A DNA stretch of 64,000 nucleotides from a virus. The notes beneath the pieces were generated by a model. It was not told the origin of the DNA and did not search any database. It worked only from the letters and a program-made list of their open reading frames with translations. The stretch covers positions 1 to 64,000 of IMG/VR virus record IMGVR_UViG_3300035698_017111. One strand, given 5' to 3'. Below, in pieces: positions 29,586-39,873 of this stretch. The position numbers were made by a program, and so were the translations under genes. How positions within the stretch are numbered: position 1 is the first letter of the stretch; every line of letters starts with the position of its first letter.

Positions 29586-32237
29586 ATGCCAGTAAAGATG
29601 CAAGAAAGAATTAGTAGGTTTTTTACAGACGGGAATTCACATCCATATGAAAATGTTACTTGGAAAAAGTTTCACTCAATAATTAAAAACAATAAAACTG
29701 GCAACATTAATTTTGAACAAAAGGATGTTGAGTTTCCATCCACATTTTCACAAAACGCCATTAATATCATTGCATCTAAATATTTCAAGGGTGTTATTGG
29801 TACTCCAAATAGAGAAACCAGCTATAAGCAATTGATCGACAGGGTCGTCAATACAAATGTGCTTTGGGGGGTTGATCAGGGATATTTCGAAACAGAAGAA
29901 GAGCAACAAATATTTGAGGAAGAATTGACGCATATCCTTCTTCACCAAATAGCCTATTTCAACTCACCAGTATGGTTCAACATGGGCTTTGATGGTCGTC
30001 CACAAACTGCATCAGCTTGCTTTATAAATTCTGTTGAAGATGATATGGAATCTATTCTCGATCTATTTAGGACAGAAGGTATTATTTTTAAAGCCGGTTC
30101 TGGTTCTGGTGTAAATATGTCGTCTCTTCGTAGTAAACATGAGGGTTTATCTACTGGTGGGTCGAGTTCTGGCGTACTATCGTTCATGAGGGTTGCAGAC
30201 GCTAACGCAGGTTCGATTAAATCTGGTGGAGCAACAAGACGAGCAGCTAAAATGGTGATCTTAAATGTTGATCATCCAGAGATTGTTGATTTCACATACT
30301 GCAAGGTTAGGGAAGAAGAGAAGGCTTTTGCTTTGATTAGAGAGGGTTATGACGACTCCTATAATGGAGAGGCATACTCTACTGTAAGTTTTCAAAATGC
30401 AAACAATTCAGTTCGAGTTACAGATGATTTTATGAACTCGGCAGAAGAGGATGGTGAGTATTGGACCAAAGCTGTCTCAACTGGCAAAAGATTTCAGAAA
30501 CATAAATCTCAAGTTATCCTCAAGGGTATCGCAGATGCAACGTGGAGATGTGGAGATCCTGGACTACAGTATCATGACACGATTAATAAGTGGAATACCT
30601 GTAAGTCAGATCCGTGTGTTGCTTCAAACCCATGTTCCGAATACGTTGCACAAAACGACACATCGTGCAATTTGGCTAGTTTAAATCTCATGTCATTCCT
30701 TGACTCAGAAAACAACTCGTTTGAGGTAGAAAAGTTTGTTCATGTGTGTCAGGTTGTTGGTGTGGCACAGGATATTTGGATTGAAAACGCTCAATATCCA
30801 ATTGATAAGATTTCTGAAGAAACCAAAAAGTACAGAACAATTGGTCTTGGTTATGCAAACTTAGGTGCTCTTCTTATGTGTCTAGGACATCCTTACGATA
30901 GTGATGACGCAAGAGGGATTGCCGCATCACTTACAAGTCTAATGACTGCCGTAGCATATGAGACTTCTGCAACAAACTCTGCTTCTCTTGGTTCGTTTCC
31001 AAAATGGGAGGAGAATAAAAAGTCTATGTTGGATGTTCTCTCCATGCACAAAAAATCTCATGGTGAGATTAGAAAAATATCATATGTTAAAGAAATCCTC
31101 AAAGAAGGAACGAAAAGATGGGACAATGCAATAAGTGTTGGTTCTGAACATGGTTTTCGAAACTCTTATGTTTCTAATTTGGCTCCAACTGGCACTATTG
31201 GTATCGCTATGGACTGTGATACAACTGGCTGTGAACCAGAAGTTGCACTCGTCACATACAAATTATTGGCTGGTAGTGATGTTACGATGGAAATTGTAAA
31301 CAATACAGTTGGTAGAGCATTGGGCAATCTTGGCTACAGTAAAAATGATATTATTACCATTAACGAACATATCTTGGCAAACAACTCTGTTGTCGGGTGT
31401 GACAAGATTCAAGAGAAACATATTCCAATTTTCGATACTGCATTGGGCAAAGAGAGAAGCATCAGGCCAGAGGGACATTTGAAAATGTTGTCGGCAATTC
31501 AACCATTTTTAAGTGGTGGGATAAGTAAGACAATCAATGTCCCAGAAGAGACAACTGCTGACGAAATATGTCAAATGTATATTGATGCATGGAAGATGGG
31601 AATCAAATGTGTTGCCATCTATAGGGACAACTCTAAGGGAAGTCAACCCCTTAGTGTGGTTAAGCAAGAAAGAGCTCGTGCCACAAGGATTAGGTTACCA
31701 GATGATGTGGAAACGAAACGTCACAAAGCTGTTATTGATGATCACGATATCATGTTCCATTTCGGCAGATATCCAGACGGAAGCCTTGGTGAAGTGTTTA
31801 TCACAATGTCTAAACAAGGTAGTACTATGAGGGGATTGATGGATACGTTTGCAATTTCCATGTCTCTTGGGCTCCAGTATGGCATTCCGGTTAAGATTTT
31901 CGTACAGAAAATGCTTCATTCAAAATTCGACCCACAAGGGTGGACTGGGAACAAGCAAATACCGTTTGCACAGAGTATTATTGATTACATGATGAAGTAC
32001 ATCGCTTTCAACTTTATGGATGATGCTGAAAGAAAATCGATGGGTATTTCAAGTCCGATACCATATGTAAAGGAATCTAAGGTTAAAAAACAGAAGAAAT
32101 TAACAGATACTAAGGTAGGTAGGGGAAGAAAGAAGTCTAGTGCATCACTTGCGTGTCCAAGTTGTGGCTCTTTAATGGAGACCAATGGTAGTTGCAAACA
32201 CTGCAAAAACTGTGGACACACCACAGGTTGCTCGTAA
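29586..32237 (+). CDS. nrdJ: Class II (B12-dependent) ribonucleotide reductase
   Basis: FNSPVWFN, SACFI, TRRAAKM, SNPCSEY, CNLAS, APTGT, ISKTIN; C-terminal TSCPD-like and zinc-ribbon domains. Confidence 0.93.
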   Translation: MPVKMQERISRFFTDGNSHPYENVTWKKFHSIIKNNKTGNINFEQKDVEFPSTFSQNAINIIASKYFKGVIGTPNRETSYKQLIDRVVNTNVLWGVDQGYFETEEEQQIFEEELTHILLHQIAYFNSPVWFNMGFDGRPQTASACFINSVEDDMESILDLFRTEGIIFKAGSGSGVNMSSLRSKHEGLSTGGSSSGVLSFMRVADANAGSIKSGGATRRAAKMVILNVDHPEIVDFTYCKVREEEKAFALIREGYDDSYNGEAYSTVSFQNANNSVRVTDDFMNSAEEDGEYWTKAVSTGKRFQKHKSQVILKGIADATWRCGDPGLQYHDTINKWNTCKSDPCVASNPCSEYVAQNDTSCNLASLNLMSFLDSENNSFEVEKFVHVCQVVGVAQDIWIENAQYPIDKISEETKKYRTIGLGYANLGALLMCLGHPYDSDDARGIAASLTSLMTAVAYETSATNSASLGSFPKWEENKKSMLDVLSMHKKSHGEIRKISYVKEILKEGTKRWDNAISVGSEHGFRNSYVSNLAPTGTIGIAMDCDTTGCEPEVALVTYKLLAGSDVTMEIVNNTVGRALGNLGYSKNDIITINEHILANNSVVGCDKIQEKHIPIFDTALGKERSIRPEGHLKMLSAIQPFLSGGISKTINVPEETTADEICQMYIDAWKMGIKCVAIYRDNSKGSQPLSVVKQERARATRIRLPDDVETKRHKAVIDDHDIMFHFGRYPDGSLGEVFITMSKQGSTMRGLMDTFAISMSLGLQYGIPVKIFVQKMLHSKFDPQGWTGNKQIPFAQSIIDYMMKYIAFNFMDDAERKSMGISSPIPYVKESKVKKQKKLTDTKVGRGRKKSSASLACPSCGSLMETNGSCKHCKNCGHTTGCS

Positions 32238-32271
32238 AGCAACAATACTTGACACTTAAGGAAACAAATAT

Positions 32272-33129
32272 ATGGGATGCATATATAGGATAATAAATAA
32301 CATAAACGGCAAATCATATATTGGGCAAACTGTTCAAGATATAAATAAAAGGAATTCGGGTAACAACTTTTGTCGATACAAAGAATGTACAGCCCTATAT
32401 CGAGCTGTACAAAAATATGGTTCAGAAAACTTTACAACAAATATTATTTGTGAATCTGATTCTACAGAAGAATTGAATACGCTTGAAAAAAAATATATAG
32501 TTCAATTCAAAACAAACACAAAACAGCACGGTTACAACATAAGACTAGGTGGTGATGGTGGTGGAAACCTTTCAAAAGAAATGAAAGAAAAGATAGGTAA
32601 GAAATCAAAAAAATATTGGTCAAAAGACATAAACAGAGAGTCTCAAAGAGAACGATCAATACAGCAATTTTCAGATCCAAAACAAAGACAAATTCAAAGA
32701 GATCTAAAGATTGAATACTTCAAAGACGAACAGAACAAAATAAAAATTAGCAGATCCAAGGGCATGAAGCCGTTTTATGCCTTTAAAGACACGGAACAAA
32801 AACCTATTATTTTCGAATCTTTAGGGCAAGCATCAGTAAGGTTGGGTTTGTCAAGATCTCATATATCGTCAGTGTTACATGATAAAAGAAAAACATGTGG
32901 AGGATGGTATTTCTCTTTTGATAAACCAAAAGACCATAAAAATAAATGGACATTTTATGCACATAAGGATGGAGATCTTTTGCAATTTGACAGCCAATCA
33001 GAAGCAGCCAGACAATTGCACTGTAACTCTTCTATGATATCTTCAATTCTTTTGAAAAAACCACATAGGATATCGTGTAATGGATGGAAATTCTCTTACG
33101 ATAAATTAGATTTGATTGGATTACAATAA
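32272..33129 (+). CDS. GIY-YIG homing endonuclease with NUMOD-like repeats
   Basis: GCIYRIINNINGKSYIGQT, GYN; repeated F.S..A..L..S.ISS.L..K..CxGW.F.Y/F. Confidence 0.88.
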   Translation: MGCIYRIINNINGKSYIGQTVQDINKRNSGNNFCRYKECTALYRAVQKYGSENFTTNIICESDSTEELNTLEKKYIVQFKTNTKQHGYNIRLGGDGGGNLSKEMKEKIGKKSKKYWSKDINRESQRERSIQQFSDPKQRQIQRDLKIEYFKDEQNKIKISRSKGMKPFYAFKDTEQKPIIFESLGQASVRLGLSRSHISSVLHDKRKTCGGWYFSFDKPKDHKNKWTFYAHKDGDLLQFDSQSEAARQLHCNSSMISSILLKKPHRISCNGWKFSYDKLDLIGLQ

Positions 33130-33130
33130 T

Positions 33131-33670
33131 ATGCGTATCGTCGTTTTTGGTGCAGAAAACTGTAAATTCTGCAAGTATCAATTAAAATATCTATCCAATA
33201 CCTTTTCGAAGGGTGATTGGCTGTATCTTGACGTTTTGAACAATAAAGAAGCGTTAGACATAGCTGTCGATGTCAACGTTGATGATTTACCCGCTGTTCT
33301 TATCCTTAACAATCGAATGCAGAAGATACATCAGAAAGCTGGTACAATGCCTTCTGATCAGATTTTTTGTAAGTTGGTTGGTTCTGACTCGCTTATTCCA
33401 TTTTCTTCCCAAGAAAAAAAAGAAATTGAAAGTGGTGAGAGAGATTCCATCCTTTTAAGCTTTAAGCCATCAACCAGTTCTAACAAGAAGACGTTAGCGT
33501 ACACATACTCTCGTAAGAGTATTTGTTCAATCCAAATCACATCTATGAAAAAGATGAAACTTGAAACTGCTCACAAGAAATTTGGCAAGAAAGAAGTAGA
33601 TCAATATACTTCTAAAAATGGTGAAACCTCTTTTGTTTATCACATCAAATTCCAAAGGGAAGAGAAGTAA
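33131..33670 (+). CDS. Thioredoxin-like protein with C-terminal extension
   Basis: VVFGAENCKFC, DLPAVL; downstream of nrdJ. Confidence 0.7.
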   Translation: MRIVVFGAENCKFCKYQLKYLSNTFSKGDWLYLDVLNNKEALDIAVDVNVDDLPAVLILNNRMQKIHQKAGTMPSDQIFCKLVGSDSLIPFSSQEKKEIESGERDSILLSFKPSTSSNKKTLAYTYSRKSICSIQITSMKKMKLETAHKKFGKKEVDQYTSKNGETSFVYHIKFQREEK

Positions 33671-33672
33671 AC

Positions 33673-36054
33673 ATGAATTTCGAAGACATCCTTAGCCCAA
33701 AACTGAAAATGATCTTGCGTGACAAAGCTTTTGTTTCGGCAATTAAACTTGGTCACAATGGGGTTTGGCCACAAGATCTTATCCTTTGTATTCTTGGAGA
33801 GGCAGAAAGTCTTTCTGATAATATTTTAGGACTATTGAATGTTGATGTACCCGAATTGTACAACGGCATATCAAATGTATCTGTGCTAAAAGACGAAGAC
33901 AAAATAGACGAAACAAAAATTCACGATAGCACAAAAGAGATTCTCCGTCTTTCTAAAGAAGAATCTATTAATTTGGGGCATCCATACATTGGTACCGAAC
34001 ACGTTATTCTATCGTTCCTTTCCTATGGTGGCAATGTCGCACACATTAGAGAGATTAAATCTCTTTTAGAAAAATATGGAATCACTAAGAGAGATTTCAA
34101 AATGGGGATTATTGCTGCAATGAGTAGTAGCAATGTCGGCCGGAAGAAAAAAACCTCTGAAGAAAAGGAGAAAGCTATCGCTGAAGACGGATCAAGTGGT
34201 AGTGGTAGAAGGACAAGAAAAGAAAAACAAACAACACTTGAACAGACATTGAAGAAGGAATCATACATAGAGAATGTAAATGAAAAGGTTGCCAAAAGAA
34301 AAGAATCTTTCATTGGTCGAACCAAAGAAATAGAAAGATGCATTCAGGTTCTTTGTCGTAAAAAGAAAAGAAATCCAATCGTTGTTGGTGAATCTGGTGT
34401 TGGTAAAACCGCACTGATCGAGGGTCTGGCACAAAGAATTAACTCTGGCGATGTTCCAGGTAAAATAAAGGGAGCTCAGATTTACTCTGTTAATCTTGGG
34501 AATGTTGTTGCTGGTACAAAATATAGAGGACAGTTTGAAGAAAGAATGAAGTCTATTATCTCGTTCTTTGAAATTAAGAAAAAGAATCCTCAAATCATTT
34601 TTATTGACGAGATACACACCCTTATCAACGCTGGAAATGCAGAAGGTGCATTGGATGCTAGTTCTATACTCAAACCAAAATTATCTTCTGATGTATTTCA
34701 ATGTATCGGTACGACGACATACGAAGACTATAGAAAGTATATTCAAAGAGATGAAACTCTTTCTCGTAGATTTACTTCTGTGTTTTTGGAAGAACCGTCC
34801 ACCGAAGACACTGTCAAGATTCTTCGTGGCATTAAATCAGAATATGAAAACTACCACGGGATTAATATCGATGATAACTCCATTAAGACAATAACCGATC
34901 TTTGTGATAAATATATTAAAAACAGATTCTTCCCAGACAAAGCCATTGATATTCTTGATGAGTCTTGTGTTAAATCAGTTTTGGAGACACACAATAAGAG
35001 TAAGACTGGGGTAAAGAATCTTCTGTTGGAAGAGACAATCCTTGAGGTTATTTCAGATTCTACTGGTATTCCTGTTGCGACAATGTCTCAGGACGAAAAA
35101 AAGACACTTGGGAACATTAAAAAAGAGATGTCTAAGGTTGTCATTGGCCAGACAAAAGCAATAGATGTTGTTTGTGATGCACTTCAGAGATCACGCATTG
35201 GGTTTAAGGATGCCAATAGGACAATGGGGGTGTTTTTGTTCTTGGGTCCAACAGGTACTGGTAAGACTCTTTTGGCTCAAAGTATTTCTCAAAAATTATT
35301 TGGATCGAATAAGATAGTTCGACTCGATATGTCGGAATATATGGAAAAACATTCTATATCTAAGATTATTGGAAGCCCACCCGGATATATTGGTCATGAT
35401 GATGGTGGACAGCTTACCGAACAGATACGGAAAAAACCATACTCTGTAATTCTCCTTGATGAAATAGAAAAGGCTCATCGAGATGTTCTAAACATCTTCC
35501 TTCAGATATTTGATGAGGGTAGGCTTACAGATTCGCAAGGTAGACTGGCTGACTTTAGCAACTCTATTATCATAGCCACGTCTAATATTGCAGCAGCACA
35601 GATTGGCAAGAAAGCAAAGGGTATTTGCTTTCGTGTTCCAGACCATGTGCGACAACAGGATGACGTTGAGAAGTTTCTATTAGACGAAGTCCAGAATCAC
35701 TTTTCTCCTGAGTTTATTAACAGAATAGACGAAACACTTGTGTTTAACACATTCACCAAAAAAAATGTCAGGAAAATTATGGAGATAGAACTTGGCAAGG
35801 TGAAAGATAGGATTAAAAAAGCTGGCTACAATATTAGGGTGTCTCCGTCAGCCAAAACCTTTCTTTGTGAAAATGGATACTCAGAAGAATATGGTGCTAG
35901 ACCTATGGTTCGTGTTTTGAAGAAACACATTGAGAATCCGTTGGCTAATCAAATATTTGCAGACAAAATAGATAGCAATGCTATCGTATATATTAACTAC
36001 AGTAAGCCGAATACAGAGCTTACGTTAAGCCAAAAACAAGACGGAGGAAAATAA
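33673..36054 (+). CDS. ClpA/ClpC-type Hsp100 ATPase
   Basis: Clp-N (IGTEH), GESGVGKT, FIDEIH, GPTGTGKT, DMSEYMEKH, LLDEIEKAH, YGARP; short middle region; GICF variant of the IGF loop. Confidence 0.93.
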   Translation: MNFEDILSPKLKMILRDKAFVSAIKLGHNGVWPQDLILCILGEAESLSDNILGLLNVDVPELYNGISNVSVLKDEDKIDETKIHDSTKEILRLSKEESINLGHPYIGTEHVILSFLSYGGNVAHIREIKSLLEKYGITKRDFKMGIIAAMSSSNVGRKKKTSEEKEKAIAEDGSSGSGRRTRKEKQTTLEQTLKKESYIENVNEKVAKRKESFIGRTKEIERCIQVLCRKKKRNPIVVGESGVGKTALIEGLAQRINSGDVPGKIKGAQIYSVNLGNVVAGTKYRGQFEERMKSIISFFEIKKKNPQIIFIDEIHTLINAGNAEGALDASSILKPKLSSDVFQCIGTTTYEDYRKYIQRDETLSRRFTSVFLEEPSTEDTVKILRGIKSEYENYHGINIDDNSIKTITDLCDKYIKNRFFPDKAIDILDESCVKSVLETHNKSKTGVKNLLLEETILEVISDSTGIPVATMSQDEKKTLGNIKKEMSKVVIGQTKAIDVVCDALQRSRIGFKDANRTMGVFLFLGPTGTGKTLLAQSISQKLFGSNKIVRLDMSEYMEKHSISKIIGSPPGYIGHDDGGQLTEQIRKKPYSVILLDEIEKAHRDVLNIFLQIFDEGRLTDSQGRLADFSNSIIIATSNIAAAQIGKKAKGICFRVPDHVRQQDDVEKFLLDEVQNHFSPEFINRIDETLVFNTFTKKNVRKIMEIELGKVKDRIKKAGYNIRVSPSAKTFLCENGYSEEYGARPMVRVLKKHIENPLANQIFADKIDSNAIVYINYSKPNTELTLSQKQDGGK

Positions 36055-36057
36055 CAA

Positions 36058-36528
36058 ATGGCACCGATTTACGAACCAGCAGAGGATATTCAGAAGATGG
36101 TTCATCTTCTGATTGAAAAGAGACCAGATCTTTTTGGAGGAATTGATCCAGATATGATTACCTGTGGTCTGAGGGTTGACAAACCAGCACCAGCAAGTCA
36201 GAAGTGTGTTTTGAAGATTGAAGGTATTCGTGGTTCTAAAACGCTTCTTACTGCCAAGAAATATCTCATCCACGGATACGCCTCTATGTGGGGTCGTTTG
36301 TGTGGAGAGAAGAAGGTTGCCCATGTTGCAAATATGTTGAAGAGAATTGAGATTCCGACAGAAGAAGAGTTGATGAAACTCAACGACAAGGGTCAAGATT
36401 ATGAGTGGGGCAAACTTCAAAAACCAGATGTTTCAGATTGGCGAAGCTTTATTGAAGAACTTGGTGTTGGTTGGGCAGACGAAGATAGTACTATCCCCAA
36501 CATTGCCGACACTAAAGTGCAAGTTTAA
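36058..36528 (+). CDS. Degenerate phage-metallopeptidase-like protein
   Basis: YEPA..LI..W..L..K.A pattern, but HELxH and HDVEEF positions read NMLKR and PDVSDW. Confidence 0.4.
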   Translation: MAPIYEPAEDIQKMVHLLIEKRPDLFGGIDPDMITCGLRVDKPAPASQKCVLKIEGIRGSKTLLTAKKYLIHGYASMWGRLCGEKKVAHVANMLKRIEIPTEEELMKLNDKGQDYEWGKLQKPDVSDWRSFIEELGVGWADEDSTIPNIADTKVQV

Positions 36529-36548
36529 CGCCAGGACGGAATATTAAA

Positions 36549-37229
36549 ATGCCTAAGAAAAAGAGTGGTCTGTTTGTGACTGTAGAGGGTCCAGATGGAT
36601 CTGGAAAAACAACGTTAATAAAAGAAATCGCAAAGTGGCTGGATAATGTAGTCAAAAAGACATATGTTCTTACTAAAGAACCTGGCAGTCCACATTGTGC
36701 TGTTTGTACAGATCTTAGGGAATTTATTCTTTCTCCAAAGAATGACATTGACCCTGAAGCAGAGGTCTTCCTGTATATTGCGGACAGATGTCAACATGTC
36801 CAGAAAATCATCAAGCCAGCTCTTGATGAGGGAAAATTGGTTCTTTGTGACAGATACATAGACTCTACATATGCCTACCAAGGATGGGGGCGAAGATACG
36901 GTAAAGAAGAAGCACTTGAGCATATCGAATACTTAAATAAAAAGTCTACAGGAGGACTTGTTCCAGATCTAACAATTCTTCTCATGGTCGATCCAGAAGT
37001 TGGTATGATGCGAATCTCCAAAGACAAAGATCGAGATGGGGAAGATAGGATCGAGAGAGAAAAGATGGCTTTCAAGACTAGAGTGTGGGAAGGGTATAAA
37101 TCTCTCTTTGAAAAAGAAAAAAAGAACAGGAATTTCCTTCTAATCAATACAGACGATAAAAGCCCAGAGCAATGCGTGACCGAGGTGATTGAACAGCTTG
37201 GTCTATTTATAGATTCAAAACTGGCTTAA
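36549..37229 (+). CDS. tmk: Thymidylate kinase
   Basis: VEGPDGSGKTT, KEPG, ADRCQH, CDRYIDSTYAYQG, PDLT, DRIE. Confidence 0.95.
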   Translation: MPKKKSGLFVTVEGPDGSGKTTLIKEIAKWLDNVVKKTYVLTKEPGSPHCAVCTDLREFILSPKNDIDPEAEVFLYIADRCQHVQKIIKPALDEGKLVLCDRYIDSTYAYQGWGRRYGKEEALEHIEYLNKKSTGGLVPDLTILLMVDPEVGMMRISKDKDRDGEDRIEREKMAFKTRVWEGYKSLFEKEKKNRNFLLINTDDKSPEQCVTEVIEQLGLFIDSKLA

Positions 37230-37241
37230 TTGGAGAAAAAA

Positions 37242-37898
37242 ATGCTCATTGGTCTATGTAGCCTGGTTCCCCAGGTAGGTAAATCTACTATCTCGAAACA
37301 CCTGAAGAGAGAACATAACTTTCTAACTGGAGAGCTCAGTGAACCAATTATGGTTTTAGCCGAGAAGTACTTTGGCTACAATGGAGAAAAGTCTGATCCT
37401 AAACAAAGACGAATTCTTCAAGAACTTGGGTTGATGTCAAAAAATCTATATCCAACAATGTGGGTTTATCATTGCTTGGGTCTAATGAGAAGGAAACTGT
37501 GGGGTTTGCCATTGGGCATTAACCCCACGTTTCTTTTCTATTATCAATATGAAGAGGTGATGGGTCAAGTTAAAGAAAAAGGTGTGTTTGATTTCTTAGA
37601 AGGACACGATGCTGTTCTTTCTGGTATTAGAAGTCCAGAAGAAGCTGACGAGATCAAGGCACTTGGTGGAAAAGTTGTTTTAATCAGAAACGATAGATTA
37701 CAAGCAGCAGAGAATGTTCATGCCGTTGAAAATGCACTGTCAGACTACGAGTTCGACTATGTTATAAAAAACAATTTCGACCTTATCGTATCAAACAATA
37801 AGTCTTTTGAAGATCTTTATGAAATAGTTGATAAATTGATGCAAGAAATTAATGGAGAGCAAAATGGAAGAGAAAAAGGTTCTGTATCGAAAGTATAG
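37242..37898 (+). CDS. Deoxynucleoside monophosphate kinase-like protein
   Basis: QVGKST, RRILQELG, SGIRSPEE, HAVE. Confidence 0.75.
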   Translation: MLIGLCSLVPQVGKSTISKHLKREHNFLTGELSEPIMVLAEKYFGYNGEKSDPKQRRILQELGLMSKNLYPTMWVYHCLGLMRRKLWGLPLGINPTFLFYYQYEEVMGQVKEKGVFDFLEGHDAVLSGIRSPEEADEIKALGGKVVLIRNDRLQAAENVHAVENALSDYEFDYVIKNNFDLIVSNNKSFEDLYEIVDKLMQEINGEQNGREKGSVSKV

Positions 37899-38967
37899 AC
37901 CACAGAAACTATCCGAAGTAGTTAGCCAAGACCATGTTAAACAAACACTGACAAAAGCAGTAAAGCAAAACAGACTATCCCACGCATATCTATTTACTGG
38001 TATTCGTGGCACTGGTAAAACCACAATTGCTAGAATCCTATCACAAATAGTCAATTGTGATAATGGTCCTAGTGTTGAGTATGATGTTAATAGTAAGATT
38101 TGCAAATCCATCATTGCTGGATCGTGTCCTGATGTACATGAATTAGATGCCGCAACACATTCGTCTAAAGACGACATTCGTGATATAAAGAAAATGGCTT
38201 ACAATAACCCAATTATGGCTAGAAAGAGATTCTTTATTGTGGATGAGGTACATTGTCTGAGGGGTCCTGCTGCATCTGCTTTACTTAAAATTCTTGAAGA
38301 ACCACCACCCACAGCAATGTTTGCTCTTTGTACAACAGAATCACATAAAATTCTTCCTACAATTCAATCTAGATGTCAGAGATTTGATTTGATTAAAATC
38401 TCTATCAGTCAAATAACAGAACATCTTCAAGGGATTTGTGAAAAAGAAAAAAGAAAAATAACAAAAAGTGCCTTGACTCTTATTGCCAAAGCAGCACAGG
38501 GTAGCGTTAGGGATGCTTTGAGTATGCTTGATTCTGTGTTTGGTAGGTTTGAAGAAGGTGAAGATGTAAAAGATAGTGATGTCTCCAGCATTATAGGCAA
38601 ATCGAACTTCACGTTTTGCATGAATCTTTTCAAGTATATAAGAACAAATGATTATAGAGGGTCTATTAGTCTTGTTAAGGGAGCAACAAATTCTGGCGTT
38701 GATCCTCAAAAGATATTTTTAGATCTATTGGAATACGTTCACGATCTTCTTATTGGAAAGTTCATGGACACTGACAGTCACATCCATGAAGAGGATAGTG
38801 TCAAGAACAAGTGGATTGAAGAAAGAGATCAGGTTTCCGAAAAAACACTTTTGTATTGTACTAACGTTTTGAATAAGTATATTACAGATATCAACACAAT
38901 GCCCAAGATAGATTTGATGTTGGACGTGTGTATTATTCACATGATGCAGGGACCAAAAAATAAGTAA
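37864..38967 (+). CDS. dnaX: DNA polymerase III gamma/tau clamp-loader subunit (gamma length)
   Basis: LYRKYRPQ, GIRGTGKTT, ELDAA, DEVH, LKILEEPP, TIQSRC, GSVRDALS. Confidence 0.95.
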   Translation: MEEKKVLYRKYRPQKLSEVVSQDHVKQTLTKAVKQNRLSHAYLFTGIRGTGKTTIARILSQIVNCDNGPSVEYDVNSKICKSIIAGSCPDVHELDAATHSSKDDIRDIKKMAYNNPIMARKRFFIVDEVHCLRGPAASALLKILEEPPPTAMFALCTTESHKILPTIQSRCQRFDLIKISISQITEHLQGICEKEKRKITKSALTLIAKAAQGSVRDALSMLDSVFGRFEEGEDVKDSDVSSIIGKSNFTFCMNLFKYIRTNDYRGSISLVKGATNSGVDPQKIFLDLLEYVHDLLIGKFMDTDSHIHEEDSVKNKWIEERDQVSEKTLLYCTNVLNKYITDINTMPKIDLMLDVCIIHMMQGPKNK

Positions 38968-39009
38968 AACACAGCCAAAGTTGACAAATTAGCCATTTTG
39001 TATCATATA

Positions 39010-39036
39010 CCCTTGTAGACAGTAGTCCTACAGGGG
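39010..39036 (+). promoter_or_regulatory. Hairpin pairing over the G-rich RBS of the sigma gene
   Basis: CCCTTGTA-GAC-agta-GTC-c-TACAGGGG ends 6 nt before ATG 39043; TTGACA at 38981. Confidence 0.55.
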
Positions 39037-39042
39037 GTTTGT

Positions 39043-39810
39043 ATGTACGGGGAAAAGAAATATAATAAAGATGTAGTGTACTTTGTAGACTTGTATCCTG
39101 GCATCAAATATAAGAAATTAGAGAAAGAAGAACTTCATGATAAAATAGAAAAAGCAAAAAATGGCGACAATTATGCATTTGAAGATATTCTTCGACATAT
39201 GCACAACTACCTTTGTTATCTAACTAAGTTTTTCTTCATACAGGGTGCTGAGGCACAAGACGTATATCAAGAAGGAATGATTAAACTTCTTAATGTTATT
39301 CAGAAATATGACAAAAATAAAGGAAGTTTTATTTCATTCGCACAATCCTCTATTCGAAAACACATCATTACATCTATCAATAAAGAACAGGCAAAAAAAA
39401 GAAAGGTTTTGAATCAATCTTTGAGTTTGAATTGCGAAACCAAAAATCAAGATGGTGAAATTGTTACATTTGCAGACACGATAACAGATGAGGGGCAGGA
39501 AACAAAAACCCCAACACCACTAGACCTCGTTCAAAAAGATCACGAAGAATATATTATTGAGAAAATTTCAGAAGTTCTTTCTGAAATGGAACAAAAAATA
39601 TTTGTTCTGAGATTCATAGAAAGTATGAGTTACAGGGATATAGCCAAAGAGCTCGGTCTAAAAAAGAGAAATAAAAAGACTGGCCGGATTATGTGGGATC
39701 AAAAATCTGTCGATAATGCAATTTGGCGTTCTAGGCCAAAGATTAAAAAAGCAATGGAACGTCTCAGGATTGATCCAAAAGCCTTAAACATTAAGCCAAA
39801 AAAGAAATAG
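39043..39810 (+). CDS. Sigma-70-family RNA polymerase sigma factor, SigH-like
   Basis: FFIQGAEAQDVYQEGMI.L..YD.NKGSF.SFA..I..K.K.LNQSLSL; region 4 LSEME..MSYRDIA..KSVDNAI.R. Confidence 0.88.
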   Translation: MYGEKKYNKDVVYFVDLYPGIKYKKLEKEELHDKIEKAKNGDNYAFEDILRHMHNYLCYLTKFFFIQGAEAQDVYQEGMIKLLNVIQKYDKNKGSFISFAQSSIRKHIITSINKEQAKKRKVLNQSLSLNCETKNQDGEIVTFADTITDEGQETKTPTPLDLVQKDHEEYIIEKISEVLSEMEQKIFVLRFIESMSYRDIAKELGLKKRNKKTGRIMWDQKSVDNAIWRSRPKIKKAMERLRIDPKALNIKPKKK

Positions 39811-39873
39811 ACAAACGTTAATCTAAACCCTCTTTCCAATAACAGTATCGTATTACACAGAAGATACTATGGA

